A stretch of DNA of 64,000 nt, from positions 7,874,001-7,938,000 of the forward strand of contig OZ024741.1 in the NCBI GenBank assembly GCA_964016885.1. Direction: 5' to 3'. The notes beneath the pieces were generated by a model, which was not told the origin of the DNA, searched no databases, and was given only the letters and a program-made list of their open reading frames with translations. This document shows, in pieces, positions 11,780 to 25,789 of this stretch (its first letter is position 1; each line of letters starts with the position of its first letter). A program made the translations under genes and the position numbers. The DNA is from Eledone cirrhosa (Eukaryota).

Positions 11780-14390
11780 TCCAGTGTTACCCTAAACAGT
11801 CGTAAAGTTCCAGTGTTACCCTAGACAGTGGTAAAGTTCCAGTGTTACCCTAGACAGTGGTAAAGTTCCAGTATTACCCTAGACAGTTGTAAAGTTCCAG
11901 TGTTACCCTAGACAATTGCAAAGTTCCAGTGTTACCCTAGACAGTGGTAAATTTGCAGTGTTACCCTAGAGAGTTGTAAATTTCCAGTGTTGCCATATAC
12001 AGTGGTAAAGTTCCAGTGTTACTCTAGACAGTTCTAAAGTTCCAGTGTTGCCATTTCCAGTGGTAAACTTCCAGTGTTACCCTAGACAGTGGTAAAGTTC
12101 CAGTGTTTCGCTAACCAGTGGTAAAGTTCCAGTGTTACCCTAGACCGTTCTAAATTTCCTGTGTTATCCTAGACAATTGTAAACTTCTAGTGTAACCCTA
12201 GATAGTTCTAAAGTTCCAGTGTTACCCTAGACAATTGTAAAGTTCCAGTGTTACCCTAGACAGTTATAAAGTTCCAGTGTTACCCTAGACAGTTCTAAAG
12301 TTCAAGTGTTACTCTTGACAGTGGTAAAATTCCAGTGTTACCCTACCAGTGGTAAAGTTCCAGTGTTAACCTAGACAGTTCTTAAGTTCCAGTGTTACCC
12401 TAGACAGTGGTAAATTTCCAGTGTTACCCTAGACAGTGGTAAAGTTCCAGTGTTACCCTTGACAGTGGTAAATTTTCAGTGTTACCCCAGACTGTGGTAA
12501 AGTTCCAGTGTTACCCTAGACAGTTCTAAAGTTCCAGTGTTACCCTAGACAGTTCTAATGTTCTAGTGTTAGCCTAGACAGTTCTAAAGTTCCAGTGTTA
12601 CCCTAGACAGTTCTAACGTTCCAGTGTTACACTAGATAGTGGTAAAGTTCCAGTGTTACCCTAGACAGTGGTAAAGTTCCAGTGTTACCCTAGACAGTTG
12701 GATAGTTCCAGTGTTACCCTAGACAGTGGTAAATTATCAGTGTTACCCTAGAGAGTTGTAAATTTCCAGTGTTACCCTAGATAGTGGTAAAGTTGCAGTG
12801 TTACCCTAGACAGTTGTAAAGTTCCAGTGTTACCCTAGAACGGGGTAATGTTCCAGTGTTACCCTAGACAGTTCTAGAGTTCCAGTGAACCCTAGACAGT
12901 CGTAAAGTTCCAGTGTTACCCTAAGCAGTGGTAAATGTTCCAGTGTTAACCTAGACAGTTGTAAAGTTCCAGTGTTACCCTAGACAGTCGTAAAATTCCA
13001 GTGTTAACCTAGACAGTTGTAAAGTTCCAGTGTTACCCTAGACAGTCGTAAAGTTCCAGTGTTACCCTAGACAGTGGTAAAGTTCCAGTGTTACGCCAGA
13101 CAGTGGTAAAGTTCCAGTGTTACCCTAAACAGTCGTAAAGTTCCAGTGTTACCCTAGGCAGTGGTAAAGTTCCAGTGTTACCCTAGACAGTGGTAAAGTT
13201 CCAGTATTACCCTAGACAGTTGTAAAGTTCCAGTGTTACCCTAGACAATTGCAAAGTTCCAGTGTTACCCTAGACAGTGGTAAATTTGCAGTGTTACCCT
13301 AGAGAGTTGTAAATTTCCAGTGTTGCCATATACAGTGGTAAAGTTCCAGTGTTACTCTAGACAGTTCTAAAGTTCCAGTGTTGCCATTTCCAGTGGTAAA
13401 CTTCCAGTGTTACCCTAGACAGTGGTAAATTTCCAGGGTTACCCTAGACAGTGGTAAAGTTCCAGTGTTACCCTAGACAATGGTAAAGTTCCAGTGTTAC
13501 CCTAGACCGTTCTAAATTTCCTGTGTTATCCTAGACAATTGTAAACTTCTAGTGTAACCCTAGATAGTTCTAAAGTTCCAGTGTTACCCTAGACAATTGT
13601 AAACTTCCAGTGTTACCCTAGACAGTTCTAAAGTTCAAGTGTTACTCTTGACAGTGGTAAAGTTCCAGTGTTACCCTACCAGTGGTAAAGTTCCAGTGTT
13701 AACCTAGACAGTTCTTAAGTTCCAGTGTTACCCTAGACAGTGGTAAATTTCCAGTGTTACCCTAGACAGTGGTAAAGTTCCAGTGTTACCCTTGACAGTG
13801 GTAAATTTTCAGTGTTACCCCAGACTGTGGTAAAGTTCCAGTGTTACCCTAGACAGTTCTAAAGTTCCAGTGTTACCCTAGACAGTTCTAATGTTCTAGT
13901 GTTAGCCTAGACAGTTCTAAAGTTCCAGTGTTACCCTAGACAGTTCTAACGTTCCAGTGTTACACTAGATAGTGGTAAAGTTCCAGTGTTACCCTAGACA
14001 GTGGTAAAGTTCCAGTGTTACCCTAGACAGTTGGATAGTTCCAGTGTTACCCTAGACAGTGGTAAATTATCAGTGTTACCCTAGAGAGTTGTAAATTTCC
14101 AGTGTTACCCTAGATAGTGGTAAAGTTGCAGTGTTACCCTACACAGTTGTAAAGTTCCAGTGTTACCCTAGAACGTGGTAATGTTCCAGTGTTACCCTAG
14201 ACAGTTCTAGAGTTCCAGTGAACCCTAGACAGTTGTAAAGTTCCAGTGTTACCCTAAGCAGTGGTAAATGTTCCAGTGTTAACCTAGACAGTTGTAAAGT
14301 TCCAGTGTTACCCTAGACAGTCGTAAGTTCCAGTGTTAACCTAGACAGTTGTAAAGTTCCAGTGTTACCCTAGACAGTCGTAAAGCTCCA
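11780..14390 (+). repeat. Tandem duplication of an about 1.33-kb (about 46-monomer) block
   Basis: CCATTTCCAG at 12051 and 13384; AAATTATCAG at 12731 and 14064 (both offset 1333). Related copies carry CCATTTCC at 19963 and 24225. Confidence 0.82.
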
Positions 14391-15469
14391 GTATTACCCT
14401 AGACAGTTCTAAAGTTCAAGTCTTAATCTTGACAGTGGTAATGTTCCAGTGTTACCCTAGACAGTGGTAAAGTTCCAGTGTTACGCTAGACAGTGGTAAA
14501 GTTCCAGTGTTACCCTAGACAGTTGTTAATTTCCAGTGTTACACTAGACAGTTCTAAAGTTCCAGTGTTACGCTAGATAATTGTAAAGTTCCAGTGTTAC
14601 CCTAGACAGTTGTAAAGTTCCAGTGTTACCCTAGACAGTCGTAAAATTCCAGTGTTAACCTAGACAGTTGTAAAGTTCCAGTGTTACCCTAGACAGTCGT
14701 AAAGTTCCAGTGTTACCCTAGACAGTTCTAAAGTTCCAGTGTTACCATATACAGTGGTAAAGTTCCAGTGTTACCCTAGACAGTGGTAAAGTTCCAGTGT
14801 TACCCTAGACAGTGGTAAAGTTCCAGTGTTACGCCAGACAGTGGTAAAGTTCCAATGTTACCCTAGACAGTTCTAAATTTCCAGTGTTACCCTAGACAGT
14901 CGTAAAGTTCCAGTGTTACCCTAGACAGTGGTAAAGTTCCAGTGTTACCATAGACAGTGGTAAAGTTCCAGTATTACCCTAGACAGTTGTAAAGTTCCAG
15001 TGTTACCCTAGACAGTTGTAAAGTTCCAGTGTTGCCCTAGACAGTGTTAAAGTTCCAGTGTTACCCTAGTCAGTGGTAAAGTTCCAGTGTTACCCTAGTC
15101 AGTTCTAAAGTTCCAGTGTTACACTAGACAGTGGTAAAGTTCCAGTGTTACCCTAGACAGTTCTCAAGTTCCAGTGTTACCCTAGACAGTTCTAAAGTTC
15201 CAGTGTTACCCTAGACAGTGGTAAAATTCCAGTGTTACACTAGACAGTGGTAAAGTTCCAGTGTTACCCTAGATAGTAGTAAAGTTGCAGTGTTACCCTA
15301 GACAGTTGTAAAGTTCCTGTGTTACCCTAGAACGTGGTAAAGTTCCAGTGTTACCCAAGACAGTGGTAAAGTTTCAGAGTTACCCTAAGCAGTTGTAAAG
15401 TTACAGTGTTACCCTAAAAAGTGGTAATGTTCCAGTGTTACCCTAGACAGTTCTAGAGTTCCAGTGTAA

Positions 15470-17900
15470 CCCTAGACAGTTGTAAAGTTCCAGTGTTACC
15501 CTAGACAGTGGTAAAGTTCCAGTGTTAACCTAAACAGTTGTAAAGTTCCAGTGTTACCCTAGACAGTCGTAAAGTTCCAGTGTTAACCTAGACAGTTGTA
15601 ATGTTCCAGTGTTACCCTAGACAGTCGTAAAGTTCCAGTGTTACCCTAGACAGTGGTAAAGTTCCAGTGTTACCCTAGATAGTGGTAAAGTTCCAGTATT
15701 ACCCTAGACAGTTGTAAAGTTCCAGTGTTACCCTAGACAGTTTTAAAGTTCCAGTGTTACCCTAGACAGTTGTAAAGTTCCAGTGTTACCCTAGACATTG
15801 GTAAAATTCCAGTTTTACCCTAGACCGTTGTATAGATCCAGTGTTACCCTAGACAGTGGTAATTTCCAGTGTTACCCTAGACAGTTGTAAAGTTCTAGTG
15901 TTACCCTAGACAGTGGTAAAGTTCCAGTGTTACACTAGACAGTGATAAAGTTCCACTGTTACCGTAGATAGTTGTAAATTTGCAGTGTTGCCCTAGACAG
16001 TGGTAAAGTTCCAGTGTTACCATAGACCGTTGTATATATCCAGTGTTACCCTAGACAGTGGAAAATTTCCAGTGTTACCCTAGACCGCTGTAAAGTTCTA
16101 GTGTTACCCTAGACAGTGGTAAAGTTCCAGTGTTACGCTAGTCAGTGGTAAAGTTCCAGTGTTACCCTAGACAGTTGTAAAGTTCCAGTGTTACACTAGA
16201 CAGTTCTAAAGTTCCAGTGTTACGCTAGATAATTGTAAAGTTCCAGTGTTACCCTAGACAGTTGTAAAGTTCCAGTGTTACCCTAGACCGTTCTATAGTT
16301 CCAGTGTTACCCTAGACAGTCGTAAAATTCTAGTGTTACCCTAGACAGTCGTAAAGTTCCAGTGTTACGCTAGACAGTGGTAAAGTTCCAGTGTTACCCT
16401 AGACAGTTGTAAAGATCCAGTGTTACACTAGACAGATCTAAAGCTCCAGTGTTACGCTAGATAATTGTAAAGTTCCAGTGTTACCCTAGACAGTTGTAAA
16501 GTTCCAGTGTTACCCTAGACCGTTCTATAGTTCCAGTGTTACCCTAGACAGTCGTAAAATTCCAGTGTTAACCTAGACAGTTGTAAAGTTCCAGTGTTAC
16601 CCTAGACAGTCGTAAAGTTCCAGTGTTACCCTAGACAGTTCTAAAGTTCCAGTGTTACCATATACAGTGGTAAAGTTCCAGTGTTACCCTAGACAGTTGT
16701 AAAGTTCCAGTGTTACCCTAGACAGTGGTAAAGTTCCAGTGTTAACCTAAACAGTTGTAAAGTTCCAGTGTTACCCTAGACAGTCGTAAAGTTCCAGTGT
16801 TAACCTAGACAGTTGTAATGTTCCAGTGTTACCCTAGACAGTCGTAAAGTTCCAGTGTTACCCTAGACAGTGGTAAAGTTCCAGTGTTACCCTAGATAGT
16901 GGTAAAGTTCCAGTATTACCCTAGACAGTTGTAAAGTTCCAGTGTTACCCTAGACAGTTTTAAAGTTCCAGTGTTACCCTAGACAGTTGTAAAGTTCCAG
17001 TGTTACCCTAGACATTGGTAAAATTCTAGTTTTACCCTAGACCGTTGTATAGATCCAGTGTTACCCTAGACAGTGGTAATTTCCAGTGTTACCCTAGACA
17101 GTTGTAAAGTTCTAGTGTTACCCTAGACAGTGGTAAAGTTCCAGTGTTACACTAGACAGTGATAAAGTTCCACTGTTACCGTAGATAGTTGTAAATTTGC
17201 AGTGTTGCCCTAGACAGTGGTAAAGTTCCAGTGTTACCATAGACCGTTGTATATATCCAGTGTTACCCTAGACAGTGGAAAATTTCCAGTGTTACCCTAG
17301 ACCGCTGTAAAGTTCTAGTGTTACCCTAGACAGTGGTAAAGTTCCAGTGTTACGCTAGTCAGTGGTAAAGTTCCAGTGTTACCCTAGACAGTTGTAAAGT
17401 TCCAGTGTTACACTAGACAGTTCTAAAGTTCCAGTGTTACGCTAGATAATTGTAAAGTTCCAGTGTTACCCTAGACAGTTGTAAAGTTCCAGTGTTACCC
17501 TAGACCGTTCTATAGTTCCAGTGTTACCCTAGACAGTCGTAAAATTCTAGTGTTACCCTAGACAGTCGTAAAGTTCCAGTGTTACGCTAGACAGTGGTAA
17601 AGTTCCAGTGTTACCCTAGACAGTTGTAAAGATCCAGTGTTACACTAGACAGATCTAAAGCTCCAGTGTTACGCTAGATAATTGTAAAGTTCCAGTGTTA
17701 CCCTAGACAGTTGTAAAGTTCCAGTGTTACCCTAGACCGTTCTATAGTTCCAGTGTTACCCTAGACAGTCGTAAAATTCCAGTGTTAACCTAGACAGTTG
17801 TAAAGTTCCAGTGTTACCCTAGACAGTCGTAAAGTTCCAGTGTTACCCTAGACAGTTCTAAAGTTCCAGTGTTACCATATACAGTGGTAAAGTTCCAGTG
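15470..17900 (+). repeat. Near-perfect tandem duplication of a 1217-bp (42-monomer) block
   Basis: TAAACAGTTG at 15531 and 16748; GACAGATCTAAAGCTCC at 16431 and 17648. 1217 = 42x29 - 1, and the missing base is the GGTAATTTCC deletion monomer. Confidence 0.9.
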
Positions 17901-20900
17901 TTACCCTAGACAGTGGTAAAGTTCCAGTGTTACCCTAGACAGTGGTAAAGTTCCAGTGTTACGCCAGACAGTGGTAAAGTTCCAATGTTACCCTGGACAG
18001 TTCTAAAGTTCCAGTGTTACCCTAGACAGTCGTAAAGTTCCAGTGTTACCCTAGACAGTGGTAAAGTTCCAGTGTTACCCTAGAGAGTGGTAAAGTTCCA
18101 GTATTACCCTAGACAGTTGTAAAGTTCCAGAGTTACCCTAGACAGTTGTAAAGTTCCAGTGTTGCCCTAGACAGTGTTAAAGTTCCAGTGTTACACAAGT
18201 CAGTGGTAAAGTTCCAGTGTTACCCTAGTCAGTTCTAAAGTTCCAGTGTTACACTAGACAGTTGTAAAGTTCCAGTGTTACCCTAGACAGTGGTAAAGTT
18301 CCAGTGTTACCCTAGACAGTTCTCAAGTTCCAGTGTTACCCTAGACAGTTCTAAAGTTCCAGTGTTATCCTAGACAGTGGAAAAGTTCCAGTGTTACACT
18401 AGACAGTGGTAAAGTTCCAGTGTTACCCTAGATAGTAGTAAAGTTGCAGTGTTACCCTAGACAGTTGTAAAGTTCCTGTGTTACCCTAGAACGTGGTAAA
18501 GTTCCCGTGTTACCCAAGACAGTGGTAAAGTTTCAGAGTTACCCTAGACAGTTGTAAAGTTACAGTGTTACCCTAGAAAGTGGTAATGTTCCAGTGTTAC
18601 CCTAGACAGTTCTAGAGTTCCAGGGTAACCCTAGACAGTTGTAAAGTTCCAGTGTTACGCTAGACAGTGGTAAAGTTCCAGTTTTAACCTAGACAGTTGT
18701 AAAGTTCCAGTGTTACCCTAGACAGTCGTAAAGTTCAGAGTGTTACCCTAGACAGTGGTAAAGTTCCAGTGTTACCCTAGACAGTGATAAAGTTCCAGTA
18801 TTACCCTAGACAGTTTTAAAGTTCCAGTGTTACCCTAGACAGTTGTAAATTTCCAGTGTTACCCTAGACAGTGGTAAAGTTCCAGTGTTACCCTAGACAG
18901 CTCTAAAGTTCCAGTGTTACCCTAGACAGTTCTAAAGTTCCAGTGTTACCCTAGACATTGGTAAAATTCCAGTGTTACCCTAGAGAGTTGTAAATTTCCG
19001 GTGTTGCCCTAGACAGTGGTAAAGTTCCAGTTTTACCCTAGACCGTTGTATAGATCCAGTGTTACCCTAGACAGTGGTAATTTCCAGTGTTAGCCTAGAC
19101 AGTTGTAAAGTTCTAGTGTTACCCTAGACAGTGGTAAAGTTCCAGTGTTACACTAGACAGTGGTAAAGTTCCACTGTTACCGTAGATAGTTGTAAATTTG
19201 CAGTGTTGCCCTAGACAGTGGTAAAGTTCCAGTGTTACCATAGACCGTTGTATATATCCAGTGTTACCCTAGACAGTGGAAAATTTCCAGTGTTACCCTA
19301 GACAGCTGTAAAGTTCTAGTGTTACCCTAGACAGTGGTAAAGTTCCAGTGTTACGCTAGTCAGTGGTAAAGTTCCAGTGTTACCCTAGACAGTTGTAAAG
19401 TTCCAGTGTTACCCTAGACCGTTCTATAGTTCCAGTGTTACCCTAGACAGTCGTAAAATTCCAGTGTTAACCTAGACAGTTGTAAAGTTCCAGTGTTACC
19501 CTAGACAGTCGTAAAGTTCCAGTGTTACCCTAGACAGTTCTAAAGTTCCAGTGTTACCATATACAGTGGTAAAGTTCCAGTGTTACCCTAGACAGTGGTA
19601 AAGTTCCAGTGTTACCCTAGACAGTGGTAAAGTTCCAGTGTTACGCCAGACAGTGGTAAAGTTCCAGTGTTACCCTGGACAGTTCTAAAGTTCCAGTGTT
19701 ACCCTAAACAGTCGTAAAGTTCCAGTGTTACCCTAGACAGTGGTAAAGTTCCAGTGTTACCCTAGACAGTGGTAAAGTTCCAGTATTACCCTAGACAGTT
19801 GTAAAGTTCCAGTATTACCCTAGACAATTGCAAAGTTCCAGTGTTACCCTAGACAGTGGTAAATTTGCAGTGTTACCCTAGAGAGTTGTAAATTTCCAGT
19901 GTTGCCATATACAGTGGTAAAGTTCCAGTGTTACTATAGACAGTTCTAAAGTTCCAGTGTTGCCATTTCCAGAGGTAAACTTCCAGTGTTAGCCTAGACA
20001 GTGGTAAATTTCCAGTGTTACCCTAGACAGTGATAAAGTTCCAGTGTTACCCTAGACAGTGGTAAAGTTCCAGTGTTACGCTATTCAGTGGTAAAGTTCC
20101 AGTGTTACCCTAGACCGTTCTAAATTTCCAGTGTTATCCTAGACAATTGTAAACTTCTAGTGTAACCCTAGATAGTTCTAAAGTTCCAGTGTTACCCTAG
20201 ACAATTGTAAAGTTCCAGTGTTACCCTAGACAGTTATAAAGTTCCAGTGTTACCCTAGACAGTTCTAAAGTTCAAGTGTTACTCTTGACAGTGGTAAAGT
20301 TCCAGTGTTACCCTACCAGTGGTAAAGTTCCAGTGTTAACCTAGACAGTTCTTAAGTTCCAGTGTTACCCTAGACAGTGGTAAATTTCCAGTGTTACCCT
20401 AGACAGTGGTAAAGTTCCAGTGTTACCCTTGACAGTGGTAAATTTTCAGTGTTACCCCAGACAGTGGTAAAGTTCCAGTGTTACCCTAGACAGTTCTAAA
20501 GTTCCAGTGTTACCCTAGACATTTCTAATGTTCTAGTGTTAGCCTAGACAGTTCTAAAGTTCCAGTGTTACCCTAGACAGTTCTAACGTTTCAGTGTTAC
20601 ACTAGACAGTGGTAAATTTCCAGTGTTACCCTAGACAGTGGTAAAGTTCCAGTGTTACCCTAGACAGTTGGAAAGTTCCAGTGTTACCCTAGACAGTGGT
20701 AAATTTTCAGTGTTACCCTAGAGAGTTGTAAATTTCCAGTGTTACCCTAGATAGTGGTAAAGTTGCAGTGTTACCCTAGACAGTTGTAAAGTTACAGTGT
20801 TACCCTAGAACGTGGTAATGTTCCAGTGTTACCCTAGACAGTTCTAGAGTTCCAGTGAACCCTAGACAGTTGTAAAGTTCCAGTGTTACCCTAAGCAGTG

Positions 20901-23900
20901 GTAAATGTTCCAGTGTTAACCTAGACAGTTGTAAAGTTCCAGTGTTACCCTAGACAGTCGTAAAGTTCCAGTGTTAACCTAGACAGTTGTAAAGTTCCAG
21001 TGTTACCCTAGACAGTCGTAAAGTTCCAGTATTACCCTAGACAGTTCTAAAGTTCAAGTCTTAATCTTGACAGTGGTAAAGTTCCAGTGTTACTCTAGAC
21101 AGTCGTAAAGTTCCAGTGTTACCCTAGACAGTGGTAAAGTTCCAGTGTTACCCTAGACAGTGGTAAAGTTCCAGTGTTACGCTAGACAGTGGTAAAGTTC
21201 CAGTGTTACCCTAGACAGTTGTAAAGTTCCAGTGTTACACTAGACAGTTCTAAAGTTCCAGTGTTACGTTAGATAATTGTAAAGTTCCAGTGTTACCCTA
21301 GACAGTTGTAAAGTTCCAGTGTTACCCTAGACCGTTCTATAGTTCCAGTGTCACCCTAGACAGTCGTAAAATTCCAGTGTTAACCTAGACAGTTGTAAAG
21401 TTCCAGTGTTACCCTAGACAGTCGTAAAGTTCCAGTGTTACCCAAGACAGTGGTAAAGTTCCAGTGTTACGCCAGACAGTGGTAAAGTTCCAATGTTACT
21501 CTGGACAGTTCTAAAGTTCCAGTGTCACCCTAGACAGTCGTAAAGTTCCAGTGTTACCCTAGACAGTGGTAAAGTTCCAGTGTTACCCTAGACAGTGGTA
21601 AAGTTCCAGTATTACCCTAGACAGTTGTAAAGTTCCAGTGTTACCCTAGACAGTTGTAAAGTTCCAGTGTTGCCCTAGACAGTGTTAAAGTTCCAGTGTT
21701 ACCCTAGTCAGTGGTAAAGTTCCAGTGTTACCCTAGTCAGTTCTAAAGTTCCAGTGTTACACTAGACAGTTGTAAAGTTCCAGTGTTACTCTAGACAGTG
21801 GTAAAGTTCCAGTGTTACTCTAGACAGTTCTCAAGTTCCAGTGTTACCCTAGACAGTTCTAAAGTTCCAGTGTTACTCTAGACAGTGGTAAAGTTCCAGT
21901 GTTACCCTAGAAAGTGGTAAAGTTGCAGTGTTACCCTAGACAGTTGTAAAGTTCCTGTGTTACCCTAGAACGTGGTAAAGTTCCAGTGTTACCCTAGACA
22001 GTGGTAAAGTTTCAGAGATACCCTAGACAGTTGTAAAATTACAGTGTTACACTAGAAAGTGGTAATGTTCCAGTGTTACCCTAGACAGTTCTAGAGTTCC
22101 AGTGTAACTCTAGACAGTTGTAAAGTTCCAGTGTTACCCTAGCCAGTGGTAAAGTTCCAGTGTTAACCTAGACATTTGTAAAGTTCCAGTGCTACCCTAG
22201 ACTGTCGTAAAGTTCCAGTGTTAACCTAGACAGTTGTAAAGTTCCAGTGTTACCCTACACAGTCGTAAATTTCCAGTTTTACCCTAGACAGTGGTAAAGA
22301 TCCAGTGTTACCGTAGACAGTGGCAAAGTTCCAGTATTACCCTAGACAGTTGTAAAGTTCCAGTGTTACCCTAGACAGTTGTAAAGTTCCAGTGTTGCCC
22401 TAGTCAGTGGTAAAGTTCCAGTGTTACCCTAGACAGTTCTAAAGTTCCAGTGTTACCCTAGACAGTTGTAAAGTTCCAGTGTTACCCTAGACAGCTCTAA
22501 AGTTCCAGTGTTCCCCTAGACAGTTCTAAAGTTCCAGTGTTACCCTAGACAGTGGTAAAGTTCCAGTGTTACCCTAGATAGTTGTAAATTTCCAGTGTTG
22601 CCCTAGACAGTGGTAAAGTTCCAGTGTTACCCTAGACAGTTCTCAAGTTCCAGTGTTACCCTAGACAGTTCTAAAGTTCCAGTGTTACCATAGACAGTGG
22701 TAAAGTTCCAGTGTTACACTAGACAGTGGTAAAGTTCCAGTGTTACCCTAGATAGTAGTAAAGTTGCAGTGTTACCCTAGACAGTTGTAAAGTTCCTGTG
22801 TTACCCTAGAACGTGGTAAAGTTCCAGTGTTACCCAAGACAGTGGTAAATTTCAGAGTTACCCTAGACAGTTGTAAAGTTACAGTGTTACCCTAGAAAGT
22901 GGTAATGTTCCAGTGTTACCCTAGACCATTCATAGAGTTCCAGTGTAACCCTACACAGTTGTAAAGTTCCAGTGTTACCCTAGACAGTGGTAAAGTTCCA
23001 GTGTTAACCTAGACAGTTGTAAAGTTCCAGTGTTACCCTAGACAGTCGTAAAGTACCAGTGTTTACCTAGACAGTTGTAAAGTTCCAGTGTTACCCTAGA
23101 CAGTCGTAAAGTTCCAGTGTTACCCTAGACAGTGGTAAAGTTCCAGTGTTACCCTAGACAGTGGTAAAGTTCCAGTATTACCCTAGACAGTTGTAAAGTT
23201 CCAGTGTTACCCTAGACAGTTTTAAAGTTCCAGTGTTAACCTAGACAGTTGTAAATTTCCAGTGTTACCCTAGACAGTGGTAAAGTTCCAGTGTTACCCT
23301 AGACAGCTCTAAAGTTCCAGTGTTACCCTAGACAGTTCTAAAGTTCCAGTGTTACCCTAGACATTGGTAAAATTCCAGTGTTACCCTAGAGAGTTGTAAA
23401 TTTCCGGTGTTGCCCTAGACAGTGGTAAAGTTCCAGTGTTACCATAGACCGTTGTATATATCCAGTGTTACCCTAGACAGTGGAAAATTTCCAGTGTTAC
23501 CCTAGACAGCTGTAAAGTTCTAGTGTTACCCTAGACAGTGGTAAAGTTCCAGTGTTACGCTAGTCAGTGGTAAAGTTCCAGTGTTACCCTAGACAGTTGT
23601 AAAGTTCCAGTGTTACACTAGACAGTTCTAAAGTTCCAGTGTTACGCTAGATAATTGTAAAGTTCCAGTGTTACCCTAGACAGTTGTAAAGTTCCATTGT
23701 TACCCTAGACCGTTCTATAGTTCCAGTGTTACCCTAGACAGTCGTAAAATTCCAGTGTTAACCTAGACAGTTGTAAAGTTCCAGTGTTACCCTAGACAGT
23801 CGTAAAGTTCCAGTTTTACCCTAGATAGTTCTAAAGTTCCAGTGTTACCATATACAGTGGTAAAGTTCCAGTGTTACCCTAGACAGTGGTAAAGTTCCAG

Positions 23901-25789
23901 TGTTACCCTAGACAGTGGTAAAGTTCCAGTGTTACGCCAGACAGTGGTAAAGTTCCAGTGTTACCCTGGACAGTTCTAAAGTTCCAGTGTTACCCTAAAC
24001 AGTCGTAAAGTTCCAGTGTTACCCTAGACAGTGGTAAAGTTCCAGTATTACCCTAGACAGTTGTAAAGTTCCAGTGTTACCCTAGACAATTGCAAAGTTC
24101 CAGTGTTACCCTAGACAGTGGTAAATTTGCAGTGTTACCCTAGAGAGTTGTAAATTTACAGTGTTGCCATAAACAGTGGTAAAGTTCCAGTGTTACTCTA
24201 GACAGTTCTAAAGTTCCAGTGTTGCCATTTCCAGTGGTAAACTTCCAGTGTTACCCTAGACAGTGATAAAGTTCCAGTGTTACCCTAGACAGTGGTAAAG
24301 TTCCAGTGTTACGCTATTCAGTTGTAAAGTTCCAGTGTTACCCTAGACCGTTCTAAAGTTCCAGTGTTACCCTAGACAATTGTAAAGTTCCAGTGTTACC
24401 CTAGACAGTTATAAAGTTCCAGTGTTACCCTAGACAGTTCTAAAGTTCAAGTGTTACTCTTGACAGTGGTAAAGTTCCAGTTTTACCCTACCAGTGGTAA
24501 AGTTCCAGTGTTAACCTAGACAGTTCTTAAGTTCCAGTGTTACCCTAGACAGTGGTAAATTTCCAGTGTTACCCAAGACAGTGGTAAAGTTCCAGTGTTA
24601 CCCTTGACAGTGGTAAATTTTCAGTGTTACCCCAGAGAGTGGTAAAGTTCCAGTGTTACCCTAGACAGTTCTAAAGTTCCAGTGTTACCCTAGACAGTTC
24701 TAATGTTCTAGTGTTAGCCTAGACAGTTCTAAAGTTCCAGTGTTACCCTAGACAGTTCTAACGTTCCAGTGTTACACTAGACAGTGGTAAAGTTCCAGTG
24801 TTACCCTAGACAGTGGTAAAGTTCCAGTGTTACCCTAGACAGTTGGAAAGTTCCAGTGTTACCCTAGACAGTGGTAAGTTTTCAGTGTTACCCTAGAGAG
24901 TTGTAAATTTCCAGTGTTACCCTAGATAGTGGTAAAGTTGCAGTGTTACCCTAGACAGTTGTAAAGTTCCAGTGTTACCCTAGAACGTGGTAATGTTCCA
25001 GTGTTACCCTAGACAGTTCTAGAGTTCCAGTGAACCCTAGACAGTTGTAAAGTTCCAGTGTTACCCTAAGCAGTGGTAAATGTTCCAGTGTTACCCTAGA
25101 CAGTCGTAAAGTTCCAGTGCTAACCTAGACAGTTGTAAAGTTCCAGTGTTACCCTAGACAGTCGTAAAGTTCAGTATTACCCTAGACAGTTCTAAAGTTC
25201 AAGTCTTAATCTTGACAGTGGTAAAGTTCCAGTGTTACTCTAGACAGTCGTAAAGTTCCAGTGTTACCCTAGACAGTGGTAAAGTTCCAGTGTTACCCTA
25301 GACAGTGGTAAAGTTCCAGTGTTACGCTAGACAGTGGTAAAGTTCCAGTGTTACCCTAGACAGTTGTAAAGTTCCAGTGTTACACTAGACAGTTCTAAAG
25401 TTCCAGTGTTACGCTAGATAATTGTAAAGTTCCAGTGTTACCCTAGACAGTTGTAAAGTTCCAGTGTTACCCTAGACCGTTCTATAGTTCCAGTGTTACC
25501 CTAGACAGTCGTAAAATTCCAGTGTTAACCTAGACAGTTGTAAAGTTCCAGTGTTACCCTAGACAGTCGTAAAGTTCCAGTGTTACCCTAGACAGTGGTA
25601 AAGTTCCAGTGTTGCCCTAGACAGTGTTAAAGTTCCAGTGTTACCCTAGTCAGTGGTAAAGTTCCAGTATTACCCTAGTCAGTTCTAAAGTTCCAGTGTT
25701 ACACTAGACAGTTGTAAAGTTCCAGTGTTACCCTAGACAGTGGTAAAGTTCCAGTGTTACCCTAGACAGTTCTCAAGTTCCAGTGTTAC